Program-made: the position numbers and the translations under genes
Notes under the pieces: generated by a model
Database searches by the model: none
What the model saw: only the letters and a program-made list of their open reading frames with translations
Told to the model about the DNA's origin: nothing
In this document: piece by piece, positions 39,601-54,119 of the stretch
How the letters are laid out: the number at the start of each line of letters is the position of its first letter
Position numbering within the stretch: the stretch's first letter is position 1
Assembly: GCA_905331295.1 (NCBI GenBank)
Contig: CAJNYD010000020.1
Span: forward strand, 248,001-312,000
From: Rotaria socialis
Lineage: Eukaryota
Length of the DNA: 64,000 bases
Direction: 5' to 3'

Positions 39601-42024
39601 TACGTATTCTTCTTGGGATTGGTACCATTATCATAAACAGTAAAATGTGTACCTAACATATTGGCTCTAGAACACATTAGTGTTTTTTTAAATTTCATAA
39701 TTGTCCAATAAGATAATTTTCTATATACCTTAATTTTCCAGTAAATCTTTCTCCATCACGAGATAGATCTGTTGCATCAGTTGATATTAAATAGTTTGAT
39801 GTTGCACTACGTCGACGTTTACGTCCGGCAAGAACAAAAAACTAAAATTATGGTAAATTCATCTATTTTCTTTTGGTTTTAGATTTAATTTGTTCTTACT
39901 TTTTTTCCATCACCCGGTCTTTCAACATGCATAAAATATGTTGGAAAAAGGCCTTTTTCCATGCCACGTTTATCACGTGTTATACGACATTGAATATCAC
40001 CGAAACCATTGGGTGCTGGTGTATAAACAAATCTATCTAAATCTTCTGTAATCATTTCAAATAGTTCTCGTATTGCTAATGTTAATGCTGGCGATGGAGG
40101 TATTGTTGCATCTTGATTCACAGGATTACCTCCAATGAGTGATGATACTGGAACTTCTGAATCAGTCGGCGCTGGTGACCATGGTTTGATAGGTATACGA
40201 TCGCTATCATCATCGGAATCTGCATAATTATTAAGAGAACCTTTAGCTGCTAATGGTTCAGAAGAAGGTACAACACACTCATTAGAGGATATTTCGTTTT
40301 TTTGATAATGTTGTGTATTATTTTTTGGCACAACATCATCAGTTTGTGCTAATGGATTATTATGGTTATTACCAGGTGATGATGACGAAGAAGCAAACTT
40401 TTGGTTATGTTTGCGACGATTATTACGACGAGCTGTTTTAGAAGAGTGCAGATGATCATCATGCATGTTGGTGAATTTCATATCTTTAAAATTAGGGTGC
40501 ACAACATAAACAAAAACACAAACAAATAAATACTTCTACGTAGCATAGCATCATCATCACTTCCATCCACATTGTGTTGCACGGAAGAAAAAAGCACATC
40601 ATTTCAGTGGATGGATGAGAACGGTGTGAATGCTTCGTACTAGTATGAACTAAAGCAATAAGCATAAAGACGAAGAGAATGCTTTTTGTCGCAACACTTT
40701 CATTAAGAATGACAGTGTGTATTTTTTTTTTTCGTATACTTTTGGAGTGTAACAGGGTACTTCAAGGACAAAGACACGATGTTAATTCATCTATGAAATG
40801 CATTAGAGATCTGTCTGTTGTCTTAAATTATGTCTGCACCAAAGTAGATAGATAATACTCTTAAGTATAGAATATGCATGCATGAAATAAAAGCAATAAC
40901 AAATAAGAAAAGCGTTATAAGCTCATTCAAATTTTCGTTTTTGTTAATCGTATAAAGCATAACATACCATTCAATCTTATTTCATCTCCATCGTCAAGAG
41001 TTGATGATGATGATGGAACACCGGTTAGTCGTTGATTTGCGTCTATTGAACGATTTATTGATGTTGACTTGACGGACGTGGCAGTTGATGGACGAGAAGT
41101 ATCTGCATTATTTTTCTGATATTTACAGGAAAAAAAACGAATATCGATTTCAAAATTCTTTTCAAAATGAACAATTCTTACTCCTATCACTTTTACATTC
41201 GGAGTTATCCGAATCGTACGCAATGGTTCAGTCGGTGGAAAAGCGATTGAACGAGTATTACCATTAAATGAAGTTGGTTCACCATCGTCTGGATGAAATG
41301 AATTGTTGTCGAATCCTACGAGTCGAGAATAGCGTGCCATTAAAAAGATATTTCAATATAAGAGAGAGATTAGAAATTAGAATCTTAAGATTTTTGCTCT
41401 GGATGAGTTGTTGTATTGTGTAATAATATAATATAAATAACCAAGATTAATGTAGGGTCGTGAGGAAAAGGAAAAAAAATGACTACATAATGAGTAGTAA
41501 AAATGGAAAAAAGAGGTCGAGGCTGAATCCTTCTTATTCTACGCTAACTAACATGCAATTACAGATAACCATTTTATTAGTGTGGTCCAGAATAAGAAGA
41601 AGAAAAAACACGCCTCTGCATTGATGAATCCTAAGAGAAACCTTAGATTAATCTCGAAGAGTAAATGCGAACAATAGTAATCGATTTGCTGTACCTTTTA
41701 TATCATCCGAAACTGGTGTATCTGTTCGATGAGGTGTTCGTCGAGTTCGTAGGTCGCCAGCACGCTTTATCATTTCTTGCTAGAAGATATAAAAATTAAA
41801 TTAAATTAAATTAAATATTTGGAGTTTGAAATCAAAGAAAATATTCTAACCTTCTGATTTATTCTTTTCCTATCAAATTTCTGATAAGATGTCAGAGAAT
41901 TTTGATCATCATCATCATCTGAGATCCTAGAAATACCGAAAAAAACAATTTAATTTTTTTTTGTTTCTAATTGATAGTTCCTCAAAACACAAACTCACTG
42001 TCCTGGCATACGTTCGTTGTTCAT
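36623..42024 (-). CDS. TUB: Tubby-family protein (TUB/TULP), multi-exon
   Basis: Exons encode [58 protein letters not shown] and the terminal [16 protein letters not shown]. Putative ATG at 42024; N-terminal exons less certain. Confidence 0.93.
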
Positions 42025-43334
42025 CGTTGTATCTTATTTTACTTTTTGTTTTGATATTACAACATTGACTTATATATACATAGATCTGCAAATAATAGCA
42101 ATATTTGAATCATATAATAAAGAAGAAGAATATAAACATCAAGACATCGAAAATAGTATCGATTGTCATAGTTGATTTCGTTGTTAAGTACGCAACGAAA
42201 TGAGATAGTCGTCATATACAAAAAAAGGAGAGAAATGAAAGAAAATGAGTGTTGTATTCATTCGAACTCTCTTATCAGTCTATTTTATTCGATGTGCCTG
42301 TCGATGATGCCAACGCAATAGCAAGATATATTAATCGTAACATATTTACACAAACAAAAGAAAAGAAAGTCTCAAGATAGAACATGTTCTAAATGTAAAA
42401 CAAAAGAAACGTTCTTTTGATACATTAAACTTCAAAAGAATTATTTCATTATTCAAATAAATATAAATATATAGATGCGTAGAAGAAGGATTATGTGTTA
42501 TGTAGACTTTTACCTAATTGTTTCCCATAAAAAAGCTAATAAAATAGGAGAAGAATAAAAGATACCGACTTCAAAGATGTTGAATAATTGGGCAAAACCA
42601 ATACTAATAATATAAATGTACTTTGATAAAAAAAAAGTGTGACTAATTCCAATTAATGAACACTATATAACTCTTACCATTTCTTTAACTTTTCTCTATT
42701 CGTTCCATCTGTTGTTGTTGCTTTTCTTATTTTCTTTTCTATTTCTATAAGTGTTCGTGTCATCGTCAGACAATAAAGAAAGATAGAATAAGAAAATGAT
42801 GTTCTGTCCTTTCCTCAGATTTTTTTCTTTTCTTCCACCGTTGTTTTCTCTTTTTATTAACCATCTGGAGAAAAATATTTCTCACAGCGGAAGAGAATTA
42901 TAGTCAAAAAAAAAGGAAAGAAAAAGAAGAGAAAAAAGAAAGATGCAGAAAAAGGAAAGAAGGAGCTCTGCCCATGAAAATTGACGGATCACAAGGTTGT
43001 AAAAAAGAGAAGAAAATAAAAAAATAAAGCACATCTTCACCTAGAACAGCAATTAACACTGTACACTTGATCGTTGGTAACTTCTGAGAAAAACGTTTTG
43101 AAGAAAAACGAAATATGATTCAAGTCAAGATGTCGTTATAGTTTTAAGATAGCCGGAGATTAGTCATTATATAATCAACCATGGTTTTGTTCGTTACCAG
43201 GCGACTAGCCTTCAATATGATTTGTATTTTAAATTTAGAAAGAAAAACGAAATCAATGATGTCACTACTAACGTCGTCATGTAAAGGAACTGATTTTTAA
43301 TAACATAGCAATGACTAAAATTTATATATTTTAA

Positions 43335-46300
43335 ATGTCCTTCACGAGACTTTTACCTGAAAATGATGATGATGATGATGATGATGATAATAATAATAAT
43401 CAAACAGATTTATCATCAGGAACGGGCGTGATTGTAAAAGATGTTGTTCCTCGTTCAATGAATGATATTAACGATTGTTCATGTATATGTTCATGTTGTC
43501 CAACTGTGTCCGACTGGTGTATAAAAGATGCTCTTGGTTTATCGTGTGGTGTTATGACATGGATTCTCTTTGTATATGCGGAATTCGTATTTGTTTTTGT
43601 TATTTTAACAACAAAAAGTTTTTCATCATTATTTTACTTCATAAATTTTTTAATCTTTCATTGCCTGCAATTTCTTGCCATTTCATCCCATTTACGAACG
43701 ATGTTTTCAAATCCAGTATGCATAAATTTACGAATTATGTTATTCATTTTGTTTTAAATATTTAGGGTGCTGTACCATTGAAAAATGCTACGCCAGAAAA
43801 TCTACTTAAATATGAACATGGTGCAACTGTCTATCGATGTGCTATGTGCCAAAGTATAAAACCACCTAGAGCACATCATTGTAGGTACTAAGATTTTACA
43901 TCTTTGATCATATAAAGAAAATAACTATTCGAAAGTTAATCACATGTTTGAATAACATTCAATTTGAAACAAACGAAGAAGTAGGATATTAAAACTAAGG
44001 TAGAAACTTATTAAGCTATTAGATGCACTTTAAAGTCATCGCATAAAAATATAGATCTACTTTATATTTCGATTTTTAAATTTAATAGTCTTACTTATCT
44101 TACTTATTATCTCTTTGCAATCCTTGTTTTAAATGATTTTTTAATTTAACGCTATACTTGTATCAAACATATTGATAACTTATCTGTCGTTGAGTCGCAC
44201 AATTTCTTTTCATTAAAATAAGATTTTAAAATATCAAATCAAATTGAAAAGTATGCCGTAGTATTAAAATATTATTTTCCCATCGACTACGCATCAATGT
44301 TCAAATTTCCACGTCTTGCGTTCTACGATGCTTGATTCTTTTAAATTTTCAAGTTGTCTTAGTGGAACTGTAAAGCTCTTTAATTTGTCGGTATATTTTG
44401 TTTTTACATAGTAATACCTCCGTGCGTAGTGAATACACTCATCAGCGTGTAACTTTATACTGAGACAAGGCAGTGACGTATATAGTGAAAACGACATTGT
44501 TGCATAAAACACGTGAATTAATCTAGAATTTGCTGGCTGAGAACAAATATAAAGAAAAACATATAAGCATTTTAGAAAGAAAAAGTAACATTCTGAATTT
44601 AAGTGAAAACATTTGAAAAAATTTCGGTGAACGAGTGCTCGGTGACGTATGCAGCTGTACTATTTTTTACTACTGTAGAAGTATGAATAAGAGAACAGAA
44701 AATTCTCAAAGAATATTTTGAAATAATAAAAATACTCGAGAAGAAATTTCGAGCAGTAATTTATCTAAGAGACTAAATAAACGATCAGCAAATATCATAC
44801 TCGGACAAAATGATGAATTAAAAAATATTATTGCTCTTCTTCTTCAACTGCTTGTCAAAGTATCCCACTATTGCCTAGATTTCAATTAAAACAAAAACAA
44901 CACGAAAGAGAGATAAAATAACCTTGAATTGTTTATTAAATGTTTTCCATATTCTACACCAAGGAAGTGTCTCTCTCTACTGGGACTGGAACTATTTAAC
45001 CAGGGACGGCGCGAAGCAACAAAAATATAGGGGTGTTACCTGAAAACGGGAGGTTTTTTTTCAAAAATCGGAGTAAATCAATAAAAATCTCTTCTATTTT
45101 CTTCAAATCGGAGTAAAATTGAAACAAAAATTTCCAAAGNNNCCCCCCCCCGTTTGCGCCGTCCCTGTATTTAACATATATTATCTATATATACAGTATG
45201 TAAAAGAATTATTCGGGCACCCTACTACACGAATTTTATTGGGTGAATTTCTGAGTGAAGGAAATATATTTTTTAAACTCTGATTACATCATTCGATAGG
45301 TCATTATCTCTATTTTCTATTGCATAGGAAATAGTTTTTCCATAATGTAGTTTTCATAAAGTTTTAGAAGGTTTTCCAAGAAGCATTCGATTTTTCAAAC
45401 AAAAAATTGTTCGGACACTTGTATTTTGTTTCTTTATCACAGCTCTGTTTTCCATCGAAACATTTTGCATTACATGACATCTGATAGAGAAAGCATTTCT
45501 CAATACGCTGGTGTGTATAAAAATTGAGAAAGATGCTAAGATCATGCCGAAAAGTTTTCGATGCCGGCAGCACCATAGGTTTTACAGAAAATCACCGTAT
45601 TTTGGCTTCACAAAAATGAAAATCGAACTCAAAATATACCATCTAAAAGAGAAAAAAACGCTGATTGCAAATGTCTTTTGTTTTTTAAAATTCTGAAATA
45701 TTATGTGTAATCATTTATAATTCAAATTAATACTCAATGCACTTCATCTGATATTCTCAATTTTCAATCAGCTAAATGTGTTTTTAAAGTTTTTTGAAAT
45801 AGACAGACTTCTAGAAAATAAAATTCTCTACAAGATAATATGCTTGAATGCCCGATAGCTATTTTCCTTAGACACGATGTACATCTATCCGTAGACATAA
45901 TTTATTGAGAAAGAAAAAAATGTTTTTTTTCGTTCTGTTGCTTTCTCTATATAGTAAGTATATGCGATGATAGCGAAGGATGAAACTGAACAAAATTGAA
46001 CTTGAATGGATAGGTATATACATCGTCCTAAGAAAAATAGCTATGGTGCATTCAAGCACATCATTCTATAGAGAATTTTAATCTCTACCAGCTTGAATCA
46101 TTTAAATACTTTTGTACTTCAATTGAGTTGTTTAAAAATTGAGAATATTAGACGTGCTGAAGAAAATATTAATCATAATAAATGATTATTACGCTTAATA
46201 TTCGAAAATTTCGAACAAAAAGACATATTTGGAACCAGCGTTCTTTTCTCTTTTAGACGGTATATTTTGAGTTCGATTTTCATTTTTGTGAAGCCAAAAG

Positions 46301-49300
46301 ATGATGGTTTTCTGTAAAACCTATAGTGCTACCGGTATTGAGAACCTTTCGGTATGGTCTTAACATCTTTCTCAATTTTTATACACACCAGCGTATTGAG
46401 AAATGCTTTCTCTATCAGATGCTATGTAATGCAAAATGTTTCGATGGAAAACAGAGCTATGATAAAGAAACAAAATACAAGTGTTCGAATAATTTTTTGT
46501 TTGAAAAATCGAGTGCTTCTTGGAAAACCTTCTAAAACTTTATGAAAACTACATTATGGAAAAACTATTTCCTATGCAATAGAAAATAGAGATAATGACC
46601 TATCGAATGATGTAATCAGAGTTTATAAAATATATTTCCTTCACTCAGAAATTCACTCAATAAAATTCGTGTAGTAGGGTGCCCGAATAATTCTTTTACA
46701 TACTATATATATATATATATATCTTATTTTATAATTATTTATTTAAATTAGTATTTGCAAACGATGCATAAAACGAATGGATCATCATTGTGTATTTGTT
46801 AATAATTGTGTTGGACAAAATAATCAAAAATATTTTATTTTATTCACGGTAAGAATGATGCAAATATCTAAGAAAAAACAGATGACATTCTTATGTAAGA
46901 CTTACTCTTTAACATACTAATCATATTATGAGATAATACAAAAAAATTCTCTCATTTTATCTTCTATACTACATACAAACTTGTATGTTCGTGACATGAT
47001 TATGAAAGAAAAAAGATTAGCAATCGAAGATTTGTCAAGATATTTCATTCTTCCACATCAAATTACTGTTCAAGAGCCTTTTTATCTAATGACAAAGCGC
47101 AATTTTTTGTTTGAAAAAAGATCGAATAGATGATTGAATTTATTTTATATGACATTAACATATGAAAATAACTTATTCTAATACTTCTACTAAGTACATA
47201 CTTATCTTATCGTAAAATCAACATGCGTTTTTTTTCTTCAGTAGACGATTTGCTTTTTTTGTATAAATATATATTATCTTATATTTCATGTTCTGTTCAA
47301 TGTCTGTTAATGATTTATATATATATATATATATAGTTGTTTATTAGGGATTATCACATGAATTATCTTAAGAAATAGAAAAGGCTTCCCTATTCCAAAA
47401 GATCCGAGCTTTTTTATAATTAAAAAGAAACGTTGATAACGGTTGATTCAATCTTTTTTTTTATCTAAAAGGTTTCAAATAAATAAGAAGGAAGCGAGCT
47501 TAACATAATGTAGATCTAATGATATTATATTACTGATGCAGAAAGACACAGTCAATGTATGGCTGCCTAGGGAAAAACTCTTCTATTATATGATACAAAA
47601 TTTTATGGATTTTAATAAACGGTGAACTAATAAAAAACTAAGAGAGCGTCTCGTTGCATAAGCCCCATTGACCTTGTCTAAAACACCTCAGATTTCAAAA
47701 CGAATATGAGCGAAATAGAAAGAATTTAATTGGAGAAAAATCATTCTAAAATTTTTACGTTTTTGTCGATTGAACTGCTCATAGTTTTAATGATTTGGTT
47801 TAGATGATATCACAAATATAAACCTTTTCCTGCATTAAATCTGACATTTTGTTAGAGGATAAATAAGACGTTTATATAAAAGAATGTAATGACAAGTAAT
47901 CCCAGGTCAATTACATACGGCGAGAAAAAGTCTGATCCGGGGATTTTCCATCAAATTCCTGAAGCAGTATTTCGAATCATTTTCTGATATCCGTTTCCAG
48001 GGTATTTCCCGTTAATTACTGGCTCCAGAAGCGATACGCGGATACGGTTTTCTTTTACAGTACGATTCCGATGGTTTCTTTTTGGCGATTGGCAACGAAG
48101 AAATATAAATAGTTTCCGATCTAGATACGTAGCCAGGATTTGACCCTTTTCAATCCGGGATGTGGAATTCGGATTGCGCCGTTCGACCAACCGGATCCGA
48201 CAAATAAGAACTATTCGATGCTTTCTTTTTCTAATTGAAAACAAATTTGTGAATTTCACGGATAAGTACATATTTATTATTGGAACTACGAATCTGCAGA
48301 ATTACTGCTTAGAGTTGGATTGAAACTAACTTTCCAAAAAGCATTACAGAAAGTCGAATAAACAACATTTTTAGATTGAAATCAATAGATTAATGAATTT
48401 AACTGGATTTTATTGTTGATTCTGTCACATAAAATCTTTACGATATATTGTTAATCTAACTAGTTTTGATTAATATTACATAACTAATGTAATACTAATT
48501 GCTTTTGGCATAAACCCCATTAAAATTGGATTGCCACTATGGAATACAAATAGGATGAGCACCGTTTAATTGGTCATATTTTCGTATGTGTTTACTCTAT
48601 CTGATACTAAGATGGTTAACATAGGAGTTAATATTAGATTTGTATTTTTTCACTTTATCTGTAACATTTTAATATTTTTAAACAGTAGCTATCAGCAATT
48701 ATAAAGCCTAAGGCTAATGACAGCATCTTTTTGCATCGCAATAATTGCTCATATCTTTTATATTTGTGTCTAAATCGATTAACTTGATAATAGTTTGAGA
48801 TAGATCATCATCTTATACAGGCATGTAGAAGTACAAAAAGTACATAGAGATAGATTAGAAAAATATTTTTTGATTAATTATTGATTCGAGAGGAATCTAT
48901 TATAAGAAATACAAACTCTAAAAATGAAGTGATTTCGTGCATCCGCATCCTTAAATTGGATTATAACCTATGCAGAAACTTTACAACAATCATCAAGCGT
49001 AATGAATTCTTTTGTGTGTTAATGTTGAAGCTCGTAACCAACCTGCATTGATATGAATCGTTTGTAATCAATTTTATGTCAATAATGATTCCATCATGAT
49101 TCAAGTAACATCAAAGTTACTGATTCATAGAGTCTGTGTGGTTCTGTTTTTTTTTTAATGAAGTCGTTAAACGCTACAAATAATTTCATTTGAATATCGC
49201 TCGAATACTGAACAATTTTTGTGAGATTTTTGTCTAATATTTTTAACCTTTGAAAGAAAACAATACTAACAATGTAATCGATTTGTAATTCATTAAAATT

Positions 49301-52300
49301 AATCGTGACCTTTTCTACTCCTCACTTTACTCAATGCATAGTGTCTGTCAGATAAATGAATTTCATTTTATTTCGAGAAGAACAAACACATATAGAGCCA
49401 CTTCCATTTTAAGATGATCTGACAGCAGATATCAATAAATGATAAACTTTTGTGCCGTTCCCTATTATCCATCAAAGCATTATCAGACGACATTTCTATG
49501 ACAGCGATAAGGGTAACTACAATCTCTGTTGTCATATTATTCCAAATCTAGAACTGTGAAAAAGTATTTCGACGTCTAAATAGCAGAGAATGTGAATTTT
49601 GTGAAAGCTTTTTCAAGAAGTAGAGCTGGACTGATAAATTCATTTTTTTGATCATCTCTCTAGATACATACGTCCTTACGTCTATATCCAATCTGACTAG
49701 TTTGTGACATCTTACACATGTCCACGACTTTCTAAAGATTTCGATATACACTGAAAAATATTGGAAAGCATTAGAATTTTTTCGAAACACCAGAATTCGG
49801 AAATACAGATACTTTTTGTTCCATTTTGGTTCTCACCTGCGTACACCTGATGCTGATACACATTAAAGAGCTATGGAAAATCACAATGTATGTGACCCAC
49901 TGTATCTTGACTGACATATTTGTTTTTATGTACTCAAGCAATATGTTACCGAAAGGGAATTATCACTTAAAAATTCTCTTAATGGTTTAACGAACTCGAA
50001 GTTCTCCAAATACCTTTGCAGTGACACTGAAGATTTTCAAGAACCTTCACCAGTATTCGAAAGACTTTTCAGAATTGCGCAAAAGTTTTTATAATTTTTG
50101 AAGACTTTTTATGATTTCTTTATATATCGTGATATTTCTACCTTTCACTAGTAGAAAGTCTAAAAAACAGCTTGGCTACTTAAATTACATAACACGGACT
50201 ATTCAGAAATAGATGACATTGGCCCTATAAATAGAACACCACACGCCAACATAACTAGTTCATTCTAATCGTAACACTTTTAGTAGTAATGTGGATCGAA
50301 AATCAACTAAAAGCCCAGTCAGCAATAGCAATGCGTTCAGCTCATCATCACTATGGCAGATCATTGATAATTCAACTGAAAGTATTTTGCACACTTACCA
50401 GATGAGTTGCATATGAGAGTTTTAAACATCTTTCAAATCTGTTTCAAAGAAAAATCCTGCGAGATATTTCTATAAAGATCGAAAAACGTTGAAGCCATTT
50501 AGATTAAGCCTGGATTATATTTATTCCACACCCACATTAAGAATATACTGAGTCATGTGCTAAAACAAATACTATGAAAGAATCCATAATCATACTGCTT
50601 TTCCGGTGTCTTACTCAGAACTTATAAAAACATTCTATAACAAATAACCAAGATGAACAAAAATAGATTTTCTCCAGTATCATTCTAAATTGCCTTCTAA
50701 CAATTTCGCGTTCGTTGATTCCAGACTGCTACGCTCATATATACAGGTCACTAATTAGGAAATTGAACTCTTCTTTGAAAAAATTGAAATAGTTTTATTA
50801 GACATACTGCTCGAGACAAACATCTTTCCTAATTCATAGCTAAAAGTAAAGTAAAAAATCTTAACCCACTTCATAATTGAGAATATAGGGAGTAATGGGG
50901 ATTCAGCTTACGCGTTTATCTACGTACTTTCACAAATAAACAAGGATCATATATTTATTGCTACCCACTAATATATCCTTCAAACTGAGTCTAAATCGAA
51001 AAATACACATGATTACATACATAGATACAGAAAGAGAAAATTACTTTTCCCGTCATTCTAAGAAACATTGATGATGGGTTTTGATCTAATAATCGTTGTA
51101 TATTTCAACTAATTATATGTTCACGTAGAAGTTCATCATATGAGCACACTGACCAAAGTACCATTTTAAAACGCCGCCCTCAATTCTCTAGTAACATTTG
51201 CTAGAAAAAACTTCGTAAAAGTAAACATATTTTGTTTCTTCTCCTCGTATACCTTCTACTTGAGGCAATTAAAAGTCTTTCTCGGTGGTTTTCAGATGAA
51301 AGGTCTTGAACAATACGCACTAAATTATAAAGTATTGTATCTATTTGTCGCAAGTTATAATGCTGGCGATTCTATTATGAAAAAGAGTCACAATTAGAAT
51401 TTGTCGCAGAAACGGTCCAATCTTTCTGGCTAATTAAATGATAATTAGAGTATTTTAAAGTCTCACACATTAAGATAAAAAAAGATTTTTTAAGGTGATA
51501 ATTAAGCAAAATCTTGCCGAACATAATTATTTCATGCTTAAGCGTTGTAAACCCGTTAAAGACAGTGTGACGCAGATAAATTCAACTGATTCTTTGTACT
51601 GGCGATCCATTCACCGTTGTATTTTAAACTAAAAGCTACATATATACCACACGATTCAACACCCAAACTTTACAACTTTTTCATCCTAATTTTCATTCTC
51701 CATTATTTATTCAGTAGCAAAACGTAGTCTCAATGCATCAATTTCAATATTCTATACCTATCAAATGCACTTCTAGTAGGTATTGCAAAGTATAATTACT
51801 AACACTTAAACGGTAGAGTCATTGAAAGGTCTTCCTCGCACAATAACGCTTATCTAAGATATTTAACGATATGATCCATACCGTTTGAAATTGAAATGTC
51901 TGAAAAAAACTTCGAAGTCAATATCTTCCATTTGAACTATTTGAAAGTCCCCTTCACTGACTTTTATCTAGAAAGGTCGTTGGAGATCTTTCTGGGTCCA
52001 TACCACTTGTTTGAGTTTTTTTTTCTAAGTCTCCTTTATTGTGTTTCAATCAGAAGGATCACTAAAGATCTTTCCCATTCTACCATTTCCATTTCAGATA
52101 TTTGTAAGTCCGATTCGTTGCATTTCTTCAAAAAGAATCATCACATATCCTTCTTGTTCAATATCCCATGTTTCAGATATTTTGCAGTTTCCCTCCTCCC
52201 AATCAATCATGACCGACGCTTAAAGGTCTATCTCAGTCACTACCTTCCATTTGAGGTATTTGTACGGATCATTTCTTGCGCTTTGTCTACAAGAAACCTT

Positions 52301-54077
52301 GAAGATCTTTCTTCATGAATACCACTTGTATAAAGCATTTCGAACTCTCATTCGTCGGAATTTATCCAGAACGTCCTTTCAGGATCAGTTTTGATAAAAG
52401 TGAATGAATGCGTCTTGCAAATACCTCAAGTGGCAGGTACTGAATCAGAAAGATAGTTAGGCGTGTTTCGAAACCGATTGCGATGGAGGATATTTGGAAA
52501 TATCGGAAATTGATAGTAGTCAGATTGGGATTTCTTCACCTCTGCTATGGTATTGTGAGCCATTGTGAAGTAGTGTGTGAGGTTAGTAGTATTATCGGGG
52601 TTGGTGGTTAGTTTACTTTGTTGGGTGTGCGTGTATCCTTGATGAGGATCTGTGGCGTTAGCGGGAAGTCTTCGCAAGATCGCAGGAGGATTGAAACTTC
52701 CGGAATTTTCCTAACTGGAATCGGTCGGATTCTGGTGAGTCGTGCGAGGGTCTCGTTTTTGCTCCTGATGATTACGATTCGGTTCCCGTAATTTTTCCGA
52801 ATGGTTACGGCCGCCGAAATCTCCCGATTACAATACGGTGATTCCCAAACGGAATACTGCTTCCATCTTCCGGATAGGTTTCCCGTCCGTTTCGAGTGGG
52901 AAAAGCGTTGAAAATTATTGGAATTCGCCGTTTCCTTGCGGTTCCTGTCGTTTTCGGAGACCAGAATCATCGAGTTGGGATATTGAAAATTGCTTACGAG
53001 AAATGTCAGCCCAGGTCGAACATTCCGGCCACCGGATCCCGTAGGATACTCCAGGAAATATACGTGAAAGTTACCAAATTCTGCAGGAAAACACGGGAAA
53101 TCGCTGGAACACGGAAGCAGTATTCTGGTCAAAAATACGGTCGGACTTTTCCGGCGGATTCCTGCCAAGTTCCGGTGCTTTCTGGCGGAAATTGATCGGA
53201 AATCACCGGAAAATTTCCAACAGGAATACTGGATTCACAAAATCAACGAAATTACCCGGAACCGGCCGTTCCCAGGCTGGACTGTTCGACCCGAGAGTAA
53301 ATCAAATAAATTCAGAGGGGTAATAAAGAGAAATTGTAGTAATTAAGTGAAAAAGCAAGCATGAAAATAGGATTTATCATCATGACATTTATCAACGAAA
53401 ATATAAAAATAGATTTCTTGTAGTTTTTCGAAAGAATCTACAAGATATTCTTGTAGACTTCATATAGACTGCAATGACAACTATGAATTCAGTTGTCAAT
53501 CAAATAAACCGACTTTTGATTAATCAATATACTACAAAAAACAAAATATTTTTTCTCCCCCATATTCTAGCTTTATACGAGTATCTTATCAGTCTATGGA
53601 TTAGTTATCATTGGTATTCATCTAACTAGGTGTATCTCGTCGAATTGGGCTGGTTAGTAATTTACTGATTATATGCTCATCTATTAATTTTCTTCTCATA
53701 AAACTTTCAATAGATTGTCCTGTTTGGTCACCACCACTCTCGATAATTCTCGCGATATCTCTTGGTTTAGAAGGATTAGCTTTCTCAACATTTACTGGGA
53801 TCATGTTCTTTTCACAATTATATTCCATATATAGTGATACAAACGTATGTTTTATTTTTTTTGCAGAGAAAAATTAAAACTGAATATTTTTCTATGCTTG
53901 TTTTAGCAAATTGAATCATTTAAAAGAGTATCCAATTTACGTCGAGAAGAAAAGTCGTTTATAGAATCATTAAAAATAGTTTTTGGATCAAAAATTGGTT
54001 TAACATGGCTAAATCCGTTTTCAGTACCAATCGATGTAATTACTCAAAACGATGAACGTATAACATTTGATGTTTAA
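43335..54077 (+). CDS. DHHC palmitoyltransferase, ZDHHC3/7-like; exons 43335-43715, 43766-43884, 46752-46848, 53571-53652, 53714-53844, 53907-54077
   Basis: NPGAVP, [44 protein letters not shown] and WLNPF; all junctions GT-AG and in frame. Confidence 0.92.
45001..45167. mobile_element. hAT-like MITE with perfect 8-bp TSD TATTTAAC (contains a short N join)
   Basis: TIR CAGGGACGGCGC...GCGCCGTCCCTG; tatttaac at 44993-45000 and 45168-45175. Confidence 0.9.
45194..46705. mobile_element. 1.5-kb foldback, Tc1/mariner-type non-autonomous element
   Basis: ta|CAGTATGTAAAAGAATTATTCGGGCACC...GGTGCCCGAATAATTCTTTTACATACT. The arms are strongly complementary for over 400 bp and recognisable to about 45880/46020. 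Confidence 0.9.
47901..48195. mobile_element. Degenerate CCCAGG-family MITE
   Basis: Left end CCCAGGTCAA; contains gaagcagtatt as in the 21612 and 53010 copies; right end eroded. Confidence 0.55.
52673..52979. mobile_element. Degenerate CCCAGG-family MITE
   Basis: Right end aatcatcgagttggg resembles aatcattgacctggg at 21916-21930; contains ggaatactgcttcc; left end uncertain. Confidence 0.55.
53010..53295. mobile_element. CCCAGG-family MITE, 2-bp TSD AG
   Basis: ag|CCCAGGTCGAACA...TGTTCGACCCGAG|ag. Confidence 0.8.
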
Positions 54078-54119
54078 ATGATTAGATATATCTTTTATTA
54101 TTTTAAAGAGGACTGTCCA

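Noticed and set aside
40541..40649. Possible extra tubby cassette exon
   Set aside because: I could not find an acceptor/donor pair that keeps the frame; the flanking exons already join in phase.
42025..43334. Bidirectional promoter between tubby and ZDHHC
   Set aside because: The head-to-head layout is real, but no specific promoter element can be supported from sequence alone.
45354..46545. Mirror-image ORF pairs on opposite strands
   Set aside because: They follow from the foldback element's inverted arms and have no transposase motifs.
52608..53195. 186-aa and 99-aa ORFs (similar cases at 21539-21921, 47951-48271, 19081-19321)
   Set aside because: Stop-poor, GC-richer MITE sequence, not protein-like.
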